This document shows, one piece after another, positions 1-9,640 of a DNA stretch of 64,000 bases. The notes beneath the pieces were generated by a model. It searched no databases, was not told the DNA's origin, and saw only the letters and a list, made by a program, of their open reading frames with translations. Position 1 is the first letter of the stretch. The number at the start of each line of letters is the position of its first letter. The position numbers and the translations under genes are program-made. Source of the stretch: Acidobacteriota bacterium (GTDB taxonomy: Bacteria; Acidobacteriota; Aminicenantia; Aminicenantales; Saccharicenantaceae); NCBI GenBank assembly GCA_028749115.1, contig JAQURD010000002.1, positions 145,402 to 209,401 on the forward strand, written 5' to 3'.

Positions 1-153
1 ACCTGGCACGGGCACTTCAAATGCTTGCTATGTGGGCAGGTCTATGATGTCGAGATAGAAAGCCTCGAGCTTAGTGGGCTGGACAATTATCAAGTGCTGG
101 AAAAGCATCTTGACCTGAAGGGCCTCTGCCCTTCCTGCAGTCATAAAAAATAA
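1..153 (+). CDS. Fur/PerR-family metalloregulator, C-terminal fragment (5' end outside window)
   Basis: Frame 1 reads ...TWHGHFKCLLCGQVYDVEIESLELSGLDNYQVLEKHLDLKGLCPSCSHKK*; the HxH plus two CxxC pairs are typical of Fur/PerR C-termini; sits just upstream of dfx and prx. Confidence 0.5.
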   Translation, partial: TWHGHFKCLLCGQVYDVEIESLELSGLDNYQVLEKHLDLKGLCPSCSHKK

Positions 154-175
154 TCTAAAGGAATGGGAGGTATAA

Positions 176-586
176 ATGGCTAAAAAGTACGGTATTTACA
201 AATGTCTGAAGTGCGGGAATATCGTTGAAGTCCTGCACGAAGGTCCGGGCACCCTGGTTTGTTGCGGCCAGGAGATGGCTTTGATGGAAGCCAGGACGGC
301 TGACACCACCCAGGAAAAACATGTACCATATATTGAAAAAGTGGCTGGCGGCTATCTGGTTAAGGTCGGCCAGATGGTAGATCATCCCATGGAAGAAAAG
401 CATTACATCGAATGGATCGAGCTTATAGCTGATGGGAAAATTTACCGCCAGGAACTCAAGCCAGGAGACAAGCCGGAGGCTTTCTTCCCGCTGGAAGCTG
501 CTCATGTCTGGGCTCGTGAATACTGCAATATTCACCTGTTGTGGGAAAATAAAAACGAGACAAACGAAAACCGACCTGGAAAATAG
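176..586 (+). CDS. dfx: desulfoferrodoxin (superoxide reductase, 2Fe class)
   Basis: N-terminal desulforedoxin-like CxxC...CC ([11 protein letters not shown]...LVCCGQEM) followed by a neelaredoxin domain; RBS GGGAGG upstream. Confidence 0.85.
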   Translation: MAKKYGIYKCLKCGNIVEVLHEGPGTLVCCGQEMALMEARTADTTQEKHVPYIEKVAGGYLVKVGQMVDHPMEEKHYIEWIELIADGKIYRQELKPGDKPEAFFPLEAAHVWAREYCNIHLLWENKNETNENRPGK

Positions 587-895
587 ATGAAAGAATATGT
601 CGCAGGTGTTACTGAGGCCTTCCCTCGCTCCATCGCAGATAGATGGCCGAATAATAGCCCCGGCATGGATTCCAGGTTCCTTCCCAGCATTCGCTCCGCT
701 CACTGCCAGCCCTTTCCAACCTTTGGTTTTCAACCAGCGGAGCCAGCCCTCTGGATTCCATTCCAGAAACTTCTTTTACCAATAGGTAGAAATGGCAGAA
801 CTTGTTCCATGTACCGGGTACCAAGGGAAGCCTCAGTGCCAGCACCAGGCGGCATCTTATTGTTAAATTAAATTATCAAAGTAAGGAGATAACTT

Positions 896-1549
896 ATGGA
901 AAACAATGAATCAAAAGGTATGCTTTTAATCGGCGACAGATTTCCCGAAATGGAAGTTCAAACAACTCACGGGAAAAAGTTGCTGCCCAAGGACTATGCC
1001 GGCAAATGGGTGGTGTTATTCAGTCACCCCGGTGATTTTACGCCGGTCTGTACGACTGAATTTGTGTCCTTCGCTAAGAACTACGATAAGTTCAAAAAGC
1101 TTAATGCTGAACTTCTTGGCCTGTCCGTTGACCAGGTTTTTTGCCACATCAAATGGGTGGAATGGATCGAGAATGAACTCAAAGTGGAAATTCCTTTCCC
1201 TATCATTGCTGACGATCTGGGCAAAATTTCGATGAAAATTGGTATGATCCATCCAGGCGGTGGCGCCAAGACGGTCAGAGCTGTTTTCATCATTGACCCG
1301 GAAGCTACTGTCCGGTTGATTCTCTACTACCCGGCCGAAGTTGGCCGCAATATGTCAGAAATTCTCAGAATCCTCGAAGCCTTCCAGGTTTCTGACCAGC
1401 ATGATGTGGCCATGCCAGCCAACTGGCCCAACAATGAGCTGATTCAGGATCATGTTATCATTCCGGCTCCAACCGATGTCAAAGGAGCTAAAGAGCGTAA
1501 AAAACAAGCCAATTGCTTTGACTGGTGGCTCTGCCATAAAAAGGTCTGA
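896..1549 (+). CDS. peroxiredoxin (1-Cys/Prx6-type, AhpC/TSA family)
   Basis: Peroxidatic-Cys motif FTPVCTTE and thioredoxin-fold layout; RBS AAGGAG upstream. Confidence 0.85.
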   Translation: MENNESKGMLLIGDRFPEMEVQTTHGKKLLPKDYAGKWVVLFSHPGDFTPVCTTEFVSFAKNYDKFKKLNAELLGLSVDQVFCHIKWVEWIENELKVEIPFPIIADDLGKISMKIGMIHPGGGAKTVRAVFIIDPEATVRLILYYPAEVGRNMSEILRILEAFQVSDQHDVAMPANWPNNELIQDHVIIPAPTDVKGAKERKKQANCFDWWLCHKKV

Positions 1550-1582
1550 CCGGGTCAAAGGAATTTAAAGGACTCAATTTAT

Positions 1583-1609
1583 GGGGGCGGTTTACCGCCC
1601 CTTTTTTTG
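1583..1609 (+). terminator. rho-independent terminator after the peroxiredoxin gene
   Basis: GGGGGCGG-TTTA-CCGCCCC hairpin followed by TTTTTTT. Confidence 0.6.
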
Positions 1610-1724
1610 TCTTCCCGGGTTCACTTCGGAACTTTAAATAGCCACGCAACTTTCTTCAGTTGAAATATTTTATTATTGTAATAAATATAGATATATAATC
1701 TGAAATAACAAAGGAGGAAACAAA

Positions 1725-2498
1725 ATGGATAAATCAATGACTATTAAAATTATGGTCTTTCTTTTAGTTTCTTTGCTGCTAACACCCTTATTCCTCACTG
1801 CTCAGAATCCAAAGACGAGTAAACTTAACGAGCCTAATAAAAAACGCGGCTTGCCGGTTATGGAAGCTCTGGCAGTAAGAGCTTCGGCTACCGAGTGGTC
1901 AACCCAGGATCTAAGCGCTCAGGATCTATCCGATTTGTTGTGGGCAGCTAACGGAATTAATCGCCCCGATAGCGGGAAACGCACAGCCCCCTCAGCCATG
2001 AATGCTCAGGACGTTGATATTTATGTCTTCTTGAAAGACGGAGCTTATCTCTATGAGGCCAAAACCCACAGCCTGATTGAGGTCGTTTGCGGCGACCAGC
2101 GGTCGCTGTTCTTCCAGCCAAGACCACCCAGGCCAGCTTCGCCTGAACAACCCGGCCAACCAGGTCAGCAACCACCAATTCCAGGGCAGTCCGGCCAGCA
2201 GCCGCCTCCACCACCTGCCAGTGGTCCTGGCCCTCAGCAACAACCGACCATGGCGCCGGTCGTTCTTCTGCTGGTTTCCGATGTCTCCAGATTCCGGGCA
2301 GGCAGCGATGATTTAAAGAAGGAATGGGCCGCTCTTGATACCGGCCTAGTTTCGCAGAATATCTCTATCTTCTGCGCTGCTGTTGAACTAAGCACCAGAC
2401 CAAGAGCCGGCATGGACAGGGATAAAATCCGCACCTTACTCAATCTCAAAGAGACACAGTTCCCGCTCCTCAATCATCCGGTAGGTTACAAAAAATAA
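1725..2498 (+). CDS. nitroreductase-fold (SagB/ThcOx-like) protein with signal peptide and internal Pro/Gln-rich linker
   Basis: Signal-like N-terminus (IKIMVFLLVSLLLTPLFLTAQ); LSDLLWAANGINR nitroreductase-like motif; about 45-aa P/Q low-complexity insert; RBS AAGGAGG. Confidence 0.55.
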   Translation: MDKSMTIKIMVFLLVSLLLTPLFLTAQNPKTSKLNEPNKKRGLPVMEALAVRASATEWSTQDLSAQDLSDLLWAANGINRPDSGKRTAPSAMNAQDVDIYVFLKDGAYLYEAKTHSLIEVVCGDQRSLFFQPRPPRPASPEQPGQPGQQPPIPGQSGQQPPPPPASGPGPQQQPTMAPVVLLLVSDVSRFRAGSDDLKKEWAALDTGLVSQNISIFCAAVELSTRPRAGMDRDKIRTLLNLKETQFPLLNHPVGYKK

Positions 2499-3101
2499 GA
2501 AAAGCTAATAAATAATTCTTTTTAGTAATTTATCAATTGATTAGAACTACAGAAAAAGAATTTCTTTGCTGGCAAAATTTAAAAAATAAATTGTTTTCCG
2601 GCCTAAAATTGAACTCTCTGGCCTCTGCTAACAGGAAGGCAGAAATGCAAGTTTGCCCGTAGTTGCTAACTGCTCAGCCTTTACCTCTGGCCATTAGATG
2701 GTTGTTTAGTCGGCTAGTTACTAAAAGACTGGCGAACCTGTTCGATGTATTCCTCCCATAGATGGGAGGCCTCATCAACAGTTCGTTTTTTGAGCTTAAA
2801 TAGCCCCCTTTTCAAGCTTGAATAACACTTCGAATTCCATGCCCTTGACTTAGCAAATAAGCCTTCCTGTCCTTTATTCCAATCGCCATTTTCCACCCCC
2901 CTCTTTATTCATGACATTCCTGGTTGAAGAGCCGCAGCCCTTTTGACATAACTTACACTATCGTTTATACTTATTTAACTTATAGGCTAACCCCGGACGT
3001 TATCCCTTTGACCCGGGAGGAGGCTAAAACTAACCTGATGTAATAGGCATTTTGAGGTTTTTGATTAAGAATCAAACTGCCAGGCCGGTAGTGACAATCT
3101 A

Positions 3102-4145
3102 ATGGACAAGAATAATAGCAACAATACAACCAATAATAGAAAGAAGAAGTTAGCCAGAATAATTTTAACTGCTTTTGGCCTTATGCTGCTGGCTGTCCTC
3201 ATCTGGCGGGCCGGGCCAAAGGTCGTCTGGGAAAATATCGTTAAAGCCGGTTACTATCTTCCTTTAGTCTGCTTGATTGCCCTCACCTGGATGTTTCTGC
3301 AGGCCATAGCCTGGTCCATTGTCCAGAGCGCATTTCAAAAAGTCCCGCTTATGACTCTCTTCCGGGCGAAGATTATGGCAGACGGGCTTGGCACTCTCGT
3401 GCCCATAGCCGCCAATATTGGCGGAGAAGCCGCCAGGGCAGTTATTATCAAGCCTCATTCTCCGCTGAATGAAGGCATTCCTGGCATCGTTTTTGATAAA
3501 ACCATTGAATATTTTGCCTCTCTCGCCTATTTAGCCGCTGGACTTTTACTTTCTTTAATTTACCTTAAGATTCCTCAGAAGCTAGAAGTTTCCTCCCTGG
3601 TTGCCCTGGGCATCATCACTATTGTCCTGGTAATTATGGTCATCCTGCAGTTGAAGGGTGTTTACCCGATTGTTGAGCGACTGGCCGGCATTTCGCATCA
3701 TCTTCGCCGCTGGTTCGAACAAAAAGAAGCCAGCCTGAAAGATTTTGACAGGAATATGCGACTGATGTTCAGCCATTCAAAGACAGGCTTATTGCTGGTC
3801 TTCCTGCTGCACTTTACTGCCCGCTGTCTTGGAGCTCTGGAAATATACGTCATTATCAGAGCGATGGGCTGGCCGGCCAGCCTGGTCAAAGTTGTTTTTA
3901 TTTCGGTCTTTACAGTCATTATAAACACGGCCTTTTTTGTTATTCCCGGGCAATGGGGTGCGGCGGAAGGCGGAAGTTTGCTGGCCGCAGCAACTGTCGG
4001 TTATCCCGTGACGATTGGTCTGAGTGTCGGGCTGATCAGACGGCTGCGTAAAATTTTCTTTGCTGTTCTAACCGTGATTTTAACCGCAGCCGGTAAACAT
4101 AAGCAAAACGAAAAATTAGCAACGGAGAATGCCAATGGTAGATAA
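3102..4145 (+). CDS. flippase-like / lysylphosphatidylglycerol-synthase TM-domain family membrane protein
   Basis: Multi-pass membrane protein with a basic N-terminus and hydrophobicity layout resembling the UPF0104/LPG_synthase_TM family. Confidence 0.55.
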   Translation: MDKNNSNNTTNNRKKKLARIILTAFGLMLLAVLIWRAGPKVVWENIVKAGYYLPLVCLIALTWMFLQAIAWSIVQSAFQKVPLMTLFRAKIMADGLGTLVPIAANIGGEAARAVIIKPHSPLNEGIPGIVFDKTIEYFASLAYLAAGLLLSLIYLKIPQKLEVSSLVALGIITIVLVIMVILQLKGVYPIVERLAGISHHLRRWFEQKEASLKDFDRNMRLMFSHSKTGLLLVFLLHFTARCLGALEIYVIIRAMGWPASLVKVVFISVFTVIINTAFFVIPGQWGAAEGGSLLAAATVGYPVTIGLSVGLIRRLRKIFFAVLTVILTAAGKHKQNEKLATENANGR

Positions 4146-5457
4146 GGCTGTCATCCTGCTCCGCCCCGGATCAGGCAAAAAGATACTTGGCCTGCCACTC
4201 TTTTTAAGGGGTATTCTGGCTTGCTGCCAGGCTGGTTTTAAATCTTTTTATTTAATAGGCCAGGGAAACCAAGAAGAACTTGATCTGATAGAATCGATAA
4301 AAAATGACCGGCGAATCTTAGCAGCTACCCCGGTTATAAACTATTTGCTGGCTAAAGACTTTTTCTTGCCAGGTAAAACAAGCAGCTATGAATTATTTGA
4401 TTCACCAGGCGGATTTCTCCTTCTTGAGGGTAATGTGGTTTTTGATCCGCTAATTCTGGAAGAAGCAAAACTTCTTGAGCCCCAGTACCATGAAATGATA
4501 ATTTTTAAAGCCAGCAGGCAAGATGACTCTGGTTCAAACTGGACAGGGCTGGCAGTTATTTCAAAAGAGCTCCTGCCAGATATACTCAGTCAATTGCCTG
4601 CCAATTATGGTAAAGGTTATAAACTCTTAGCTACTCTGCCCAGAACGGCGGTGGTCAGATACTTGAGTCTGCCGGCGGGGCGGTTTCTCCTGAGTGTAAA
4701 TTCCAGAGCAGCCGGGAAAGAAGCAACCAGAGCCCTGTTAGCCACGGCCCGCAAGCCGCAGGATGGTTTTATCGCCAAGTATATTAACCGGCCTATTTCG
4801 CTTTTTTTCAGCCGGATATTGATCAGGCTGGGAGCCAACCCAAGTTTACTATCCTTTATAAATTTTCTAATCGGCCTGGGCGGTGCCTGGCTGGCTGCTC
4901 TCGGTACCGGCTACTGGAGTTTTCTCCTGGCAGGCTTATTTTTTGAGCTGGCCAGCATTTTTGATGGCTGTGATGGCGAGGTCGCTCGTCTGACTTACAC
5001 CACCTCCGATAAGGGGGCTCTGTCGGATGTAATCCTTGATGCCTCGAGCTACATTATCTTCTTTAGCTGTCTCGATCTGGGGCTTTATCGTTTAAAACAA
5101 GATACCAGCTATCTGACTCTCATGGTCATATTCCTTTTTGCCGCTGCCTGGTATTATTACAACCTGGCTCGCTATACGCGCACTTCTGGCATTGGCAAAA
5201 AGATATTTCTCGTAGCCAAAGAGATAGAAGCCAGACCTGAAAAAGAAAAAAAGCTGGCTATCATAGATAAAGTGGCGTCCAGGCTGGCCTTTACTGTGCG
5301 GCGCGATTTTTTTGCTACTTTTATTTTTGCTCTGTTGGCTCTGGGGCAGGCCACTGTTATGGCTTACATAATAAGTTTCGCCTGGCTAATTCAATCAACT
5401 TATTTCCATTTTTATGTGCAAAAGAAATTCGTACAGCAGTCGGCCGAAATAAATTAA
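4129..5457 (+). CDS. CDP-alcohol phosphatidyltransferase with N-terminal degenerate nucleotidyltransferase-like domain
   Basis: Intact D-G-x2-A-R-x8-G-x3-D-x3-D motif (DGCDGEVARLTYTTSDKGALSDVILD) inside a TM region; N-terminal roughly 200 aa is soluble and resembles an NTP-transferase fold lacking the GxGTR signature; probable start is the 2nd Met (4135). Confidence 0.7.
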   Translation: MPMVDKAVILLRPGSGKKILGLPLFLRGILACCQAGFKSFYLIGQGNQEELDLIESIKNDRRILAATPVINYLLAKDFFLPGKTSSYELFDSPGGFLLLEGNVVFDPLILEEAKLLEPQYHEMIIFKASRQDDSGSNWTGLAVISKELLPDILSQLPANYGKGYKLLATLPRTAVVRYLSLPAGRFLLSVNSRAAGKEATRALLATARKPQDGFIAKYINRPISLFFSRILIRLGANPSLLSFINFLIGLGGAWLAALGTGYWSFLLAGLFFELASIFDGCDGEVARLTYTTSDKGALSDVILDASSYIIFFSCLDLGLYRLKQDTSYLTLMVIFLFAAAWYYYNLARYTRTSGIGKKIFLVAKEIEARPEKEKKLAIIDKVASRLAFTVRRDFFATFIFALLALGQATVMAYIISFAWLIQSTYFHFYVQKKFVQQSAEIN

Positions 5458-5518
5458 ATGGCCAGTTCGTACCAACTTATGTTAATAAGCTAATAATAAT
5501 TAAGGACAGTTTAAGCCA

Positions 5519-6745
5519 ATGAAGATACTTCATGTCTTGACTTCTTTCGAACCAGCCTGGGCTGTAGGCGGTTCGATCACCGCTCATGGTAATCTCTGCC
5601 GGGCTTTGCACCGGCTGGGCCATGAGGTGACCGTTTATGCCAGTAATGTTGATGGTCTGGGCGGCCGTCTGGATGTTCCTACCAAACAGCCAGTTAATCT
5701 GGATGGCCTGGAAGTCTGGTATTTTCGTCAAGAGCTGGGCAGAGTCCGGGCTTTCTATTCAAGTGGCCTGCTTCGCCATCTGAAAAAGACAGCCAAAAAC
5801 TTCGATGTCATTCATTTAGCCGGCCTGTGGCAATATCTATGTGTGGCCGCTACCTCAATTGTAAAAAAGCAGGGTCTTCCTTCCATCATCACCCCACATT
5901 CCAGCCTGATGACGGCTTCGTTTTATGGAGTTGGCTCTCTCCCCGTAAAAAAATTTTACTGGAATCTATTTGGGAAAAAAGCCATCAAAAATGCTACTGC
6001 CGTTCATTTTCTAAGCGAGGGAGAAAGGCAGGATTCCGAGGATTTTACCAGAGGCGAGGCCAGCTTTATAGTTCCTAATGGCATTTTTACCGACCGTTAT
6101 GAGAGAAATGATAATCTCAGGGCAGAACTCAGAAAAAAATTAAATCTGCCTGAAGAGGCTCTGGTTCTCCTTTTTCTGGGCAGGCTTCATCCCAAAAAAC
6201 AAATTGACCTGATTATTAAAGCTCTGCCCGCCGTTTTAAAGCACCGGCCGGACGTTTTTCTAGTGATTGTCGGCCCGCCCGGCAAGGAAGACTATGTCAA
6301 TAATCTTAAAAATCTGACAGCCAGCCTGGGATTAGAAAAACACGTCATCTGGGTAGGTCTTATTGATCATCATGAGACACCCGCCTATTATTCAGCTTCC
6401 GATCTCATGGTCTTGCCCAGCTTAGCTGAAGGAGTCAGTATGGCCCTGACCGAGGCTATGGCGGCTTCCCTGCCCCTTCTTATCACCAACCGGGTCGCTA
6501 ATTGGGTAGAGATAGAGCAGGACGGAGCAGGATTGGTAGTCGAACCGGTGGCCTTCGATGTAGAAAAATCTCTGGTCAGGCTGGCCACTGACCCGACTCT
6601 TCTGGCCACACTGTCCAGACAGGCTAAAGAATCAGCCAGAAAACGATACGACATTAGCCAGGTTGCACCTCTTATGCTCAGGGCTTACCAGGATGTTATC
6701 ACCGGAGAAAGAAGTCCCGAGCTTCACTGGCAGCAAAAAAGCTGA
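5519..6745 (+). CDS. glycosyltransferase family 4 (GT-B, group 1)
   Basis: MKILHVLTSFEP...GG N-terminus and C-terminal EGVSMALTEAMAASLPLLIT motif typical of GT4. Confidence 0.8.
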   Translation: MKILHVLTSFEPAWAVGGSITAHGNLCRALHRLGHEVTVYASNVDGLGGRLDVPTKQPVNLDGLEVWYFRQELGRVRAFYSSGLLRHLKKTAKNFDVIHLAGLWQYLCVAATSIVKKQGLPSIITPHSSLMTASFYGVGSLPVKKFYWNLFGKKAIKNATAVHFLSEGERQDSEDFTRGEASFIVPNGIFTDRYERNDNLRAELRKKLNLPEEALVLLFLGRLHPKKQIDLIIKALPAVLKHRPDVFLVIVGPPGKEDYVNNLKNLTASLGLEKHVIWVGLIDHHETPAYYSASDLMVLPSLAEGVSMALTEAMAASLPLLITNRVANWVEIEQDGAGLVVEPVAFDVEKSLVRLATDPTLLATLSRQAKESARKRYDISQVAPLMLRAYQDVITGERSPELHWQQKS

Positions 6746-6814
6746 GATTGACTGCGCTACGCCTGTTAACCGACCCCGCTAAAAAATATAGCGACCGTTT
6801 TTTAGATTAATCAC

Positions 6815-7402
6815 TTAAGGTTCAATTCTGGTGCCCAGTACTTCCAGGAACTTCCGCATCCACTCTGGATGTCCAGGCCAGGCGGCAGCAGTCACCAGAT
6901 TGCCGTCCACATGAGCGTTGGACAGGCTGTCATTTAGCTCGCCCCATTTAGCTCCGGCTCTAATCACATCTGGTTTTAGGGCCGGATAAGCTGTGCAAAG
7001 TTTACCCTTAAGGACATCGGCCGCGACCAGCACCTGCGGGCCATGACAGATGGCAGCTATAGGCTTGTTATTTTCGTCAAAGTGCCTGACGATAGAAATT
7101 ACTTTTTCATTCAAACGGATGTACTCCGGGGCACGTCCGCCCGGAATAACCAGGGCATCATAATTTTTTGGATCAATCTCTTCAAAGGTCGCAGTCAGGG
7201 CAAAATTGTGGCCTGGTTTTTCACTGTAGGTTTGATCGCCGACAAAATCATGAACAGCAGTTTTGACCGCCTCCCCTATTTTCTTGCCAGGGCAGACGGC
7301 ATCAACCTGATGGCCGACCATGGTCAGCATCTGGAAAGGAATCATGGCTTCATAATCCTCAACATAGTCTCCAACCAGCATCAGAATCTTTTTGACACTC
7401 AT
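6815..7402 (-). CDS. DJ-1/PfpI-family intracellular protease/amidase
   Basis: Nucleophile elbow [10 protein letters not shown], class-I glutamine-amidotransferase-like fold, strong RBS GGAGG. Confidence 0.8.
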   Translation of the reverse strand: MSVKKILMLVGDYVEDYEAMIPFQMLTMVGHQVDAVCPGKKIGEAVKTAVHDFVGDQTYSEKPGHNFALTATFEEIDPKNYDALVIPGGRAPEYIRLNEKVISIVRHFDENNKPIAAICHGPQVLVAADVLKGKLCTAYPALKPDVIRAGAKWGELNDSLSNAHVDGNLVTAAAWPGHPEWMRKFLEVLGTRIEP

Positions 7403-7522
7403 TTTTACCTCCTCTTTATGTTATTGGACATCAATAATTTAAACCTATTTGGTTAAAACAGGCAAGGCCAGGATCAATGTTTAACTTCCGGCGGTTTTGG
7501 GGATTGATTATAAAAAATTTAA

Positions 7523-7598
7523 TGGTGGAGCTGACCGGGCTCGAACCGGCGACCCCGTGACTGCCAGTCACGTACTCTCCCAACTGAGCTACAGCCCC
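7523..7598 (-). tRNA. tRNA-Ala (anticodon GGC)
   Basis: Reverse complement is GGGGCTGTAGCTCAGTTGGGAGAGTACGTGACTGGCAGTCACGGGGTCGCCGGTTCGAGCCCGGTCAGCTCCACCA (76 nt); cloverleaf folds, G3:U70 Ala identity pair, anticodon loop CTGGCAG, encoded CCA. Confidence 0.9.
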
Positions 7599-7611
7599 AC
7601 CGGGTGAATTT

Positions 7612-7640
7612 ATGATACAGAAAACCTCCTTTCCCGTCAA
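7612..7640 (-). promoter_or_regulatory. putative sigma70-type promoter for tRNA-Ala (TTGACG-17nt-TATCAT)
   Basis: Minus strand reads cTTGACGggaaaggaggttttctgTATCATaaattcacccggt then the tRNA 5' end. Confidence 0.4.
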
Positions 7641-7644
7641 GAAG

Positions 7645-7689
7645 CCGGAAACAGGGGACACCATCTATATTTCCTATTCTTTCTTGGCC
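7645..7689. repeat. conserved intergenic motif copy 1 (CCGGAAAcaGGGGACACcATCTATATTTCCTATTcTTTCTTGGCC)
   Basis: About 90% identical over roughly 40 nt to 17598-17644. Confidence 0.6.
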
Positions 7690-8302
7690 TTTCCTTTTCT
7701 GCCTATGTATTTTGTGAATTACTGCCAAGAGTGGCGGTAAGGCGTTGACCTGCCTCCCGATTTCCTCATCGACCGTAATAGCCAGGACAGATTTAGCAAG
7801 ATAGTAGGGTTAGAAACGGGCTGAGCAATTTTGGACAAAACCTATTTGGTGTCCTCACTTAAAATCTATAACTATGCTGATCTCTACCGATCTAAGGAGA
7901 TTTAGGCAGAGTTGATTTGTTGTTTGATGAGAAAATCTCAACGAAAAATATTTTGCCGGCCAGCCGCTCTAATAAATATCTGAGCTGATAAAACGACCGG
8001 ATACACTCAGAACCAGGGAGGCATGAACCACAGGTAGTGGCAGGTTGTCTATACATAGCAACATCTATCTTACCTCAAATATCACCAATGTGCCTGACCC
8101 AGCATACCGATCCTGTGATCTAACCAGAATCGGTATTTAAGTTGACAAAAAAACTACTAGATTTAAGATATATTATCTCAAGATTTTTTGTGGTCTCAGT
8201 GGTCACCTTGACTGATACTGGTCGTAACAAAAGAATATTGAATATTAACCACGCCACTATTCATTTAATAAAATCAAAAATCATTCCTTAGAGAGGAGGA
8301 CT

Positions 8303-9640
8303 ATGAATAAACATCTTAAAAAAATCAGTCCGGCATTCAGTAGACCTGTGATCTTGGTTTTTTTATTTATGGTTATGGTGATTCCTTTAGCCAGTTCAGG
8401 CCGGGCCGGCAGCCAGGCAGTCAAACCAGCCTATGCCCTGGTCAACTGCCGGATATTCCCGGTGGCCCAGCCGGTTATAAAAAAAGGAACAATCGTTGTC
8501 CGCGATGGTTTGATTGAAGCTGTTGGGCCGACCGCCAGCATTCAAATTCCAGATGACGCCGAAATTATCGAGGCCAGCGGCTTAACCGCTTATCCTGGTT
8601 TGATTTCTGCTCACACCAACCTGTTCTTTGAAACAAAAGAACAGGCCCAACCAGCCACACCTGAAGATTATTTAGCTGCTTACAGCCAGCCGGCAGAACC
8701 AAAGGAATTTCCCTGGCTTCAAATCATAGAAAAACTTAAACCGAAAAAGCAGACCGTTGAAGCCTATCATCGAACCGGCGTCACCACAGTAGTCGTTGCC
8801 CCCAATGAGGGGATTTTCCAGGGACAGAGTGTTGTTCTCAATCTAAACGGCGACCAGATTAACGAGATGGTCCTTCTCCAGCCCTGGGCACTTAACATCA
8901 ACTTTACCACCGAGAGAGGAGTTTATCCTTCGAGCCCCATGGGCACTTTAGCCTTCCTCCGGCAGAAATTTTATGATACCCAGCATTACAGTCTTCATCT
9001 TCAAAAATACCTCCAATCACCGCTATTTTTAAAAAGACCCGTATATGACCCTTTTCTGGAAGCGCTTCTGCCGTTTGTCATTGACAAAAAACCAATTGTT
9101 TTTGAGTGCCATAATCTCGAGGAAATAAAACGCGCCCTGAAACTCATTAAAGAATTTCAATTAAATGCCGTCCTCTCCGGTTGCAACGAAGCCTGGCGGG
9201 TTAGCGAGGATCTTAAGTCAGCCGCTAATATTCCTCTGCTGGTCACCCTTGATTTTCGACCCCCGACCAGCAGCCATTATGCTCAGGAAGGACAGACTGC
9301 TAAGGAGAAGGCAGAAAAAGAAATTTATCCGGCTAACGCTTCACACCTCTTCCAGGAAAAAATTAATTTCTCACTGACCAGCTTCGGTCTGAATGAATCA
9401 AATTTTATAAAAAATCTCAGATTGGCCATTCAAGTGGGCCTGCCGGCTGACCAGGCTTTGCGGTCTTTGACCATTGAGCCGGCTCGCACTCTTGGCCTGG
9501 AGAAACAACTGGGTTCTCTCGAACCGGGCAAAATTGCCAACCTCATCCTGACCAGAGGAGATCTTTTCGATGAAAAAGCACAGGTGGTCAAAGTCATGGT
9601 TGATGGAACCTTATTCACTTATGAGGAGAAAGGCCAATGA
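8303..9640 (+). CDS. secreted amidohydrolase-superfamily protein (COG1228-like), HxH metal site degenerate
   Basis: Signal peptide; amidohydrolase fold; the strand-1 motif reads PGLISAHTNL instead of DxHxH; stop overlaps the next start (ATGA). Confidence 0.75.
   Translation: MNKHLKKISPAFSRPVILVFLFMVMVIPLASSGRAGSQAVKPAYALVNCRIFPVAQPVIKKGTIVVRDGLIEAVGPTASIQIPDDAEIIEASGLTAYPGLISAHTNLFFETKEQAQPATPEDYLAAYSQPAEPKEFPWLQIIEKLKPKKQTVEAYHRTGVTTVVVAPNEGIFQGQSVVLNLNGDQINEMVLLQPWALNINFTTERGVYPSSPMGTLAFLRQKFYDTQHYSLHLQKYLQSPLFLKRPVYDPFLEALLPFVIDKKPIVFECHNLEEIKRALKLIKEFQLNAVLSGCNEAWRVSEDLKSAANIPLLVTLDFRPPTSSHYAQEGQTAKEKAEKEIYPANASHLFQEKINFSLTSFGLNESNFIKNLRLAIQVGLPADQALRSLTIEPARTLGLEKQLGSLEPGKIANLILTRGDLFDEKAQVVKVMVDGTLFTYEEKGQ

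Noticed and set aside
155-733. 192-aa ORF on the minus strand overlapping dfx
   Set aside because: It lies antisense to a well-supported desulfoferrodoxin gene and shows no motif or RBS; it is a shadow ORF.
2077-2316. Pro/Gln-codon repetitive DNA (CCAGGCCAG ... ) considered as a possible repeat array or CRISPR
   Set aside because: The units are irregular, there are no spacer-like unique segments, and it is in-frame low-complexity coding sequence of the nitroreductase-like gene.
7523-7598. tRNA-Ala considered as the integration site of the defense island
   Set aside because: The island starts about 23 kb away at about 30.35 kb with many core genes between; there is no integrase or tRNA-fragment direct repeat at the island borders.
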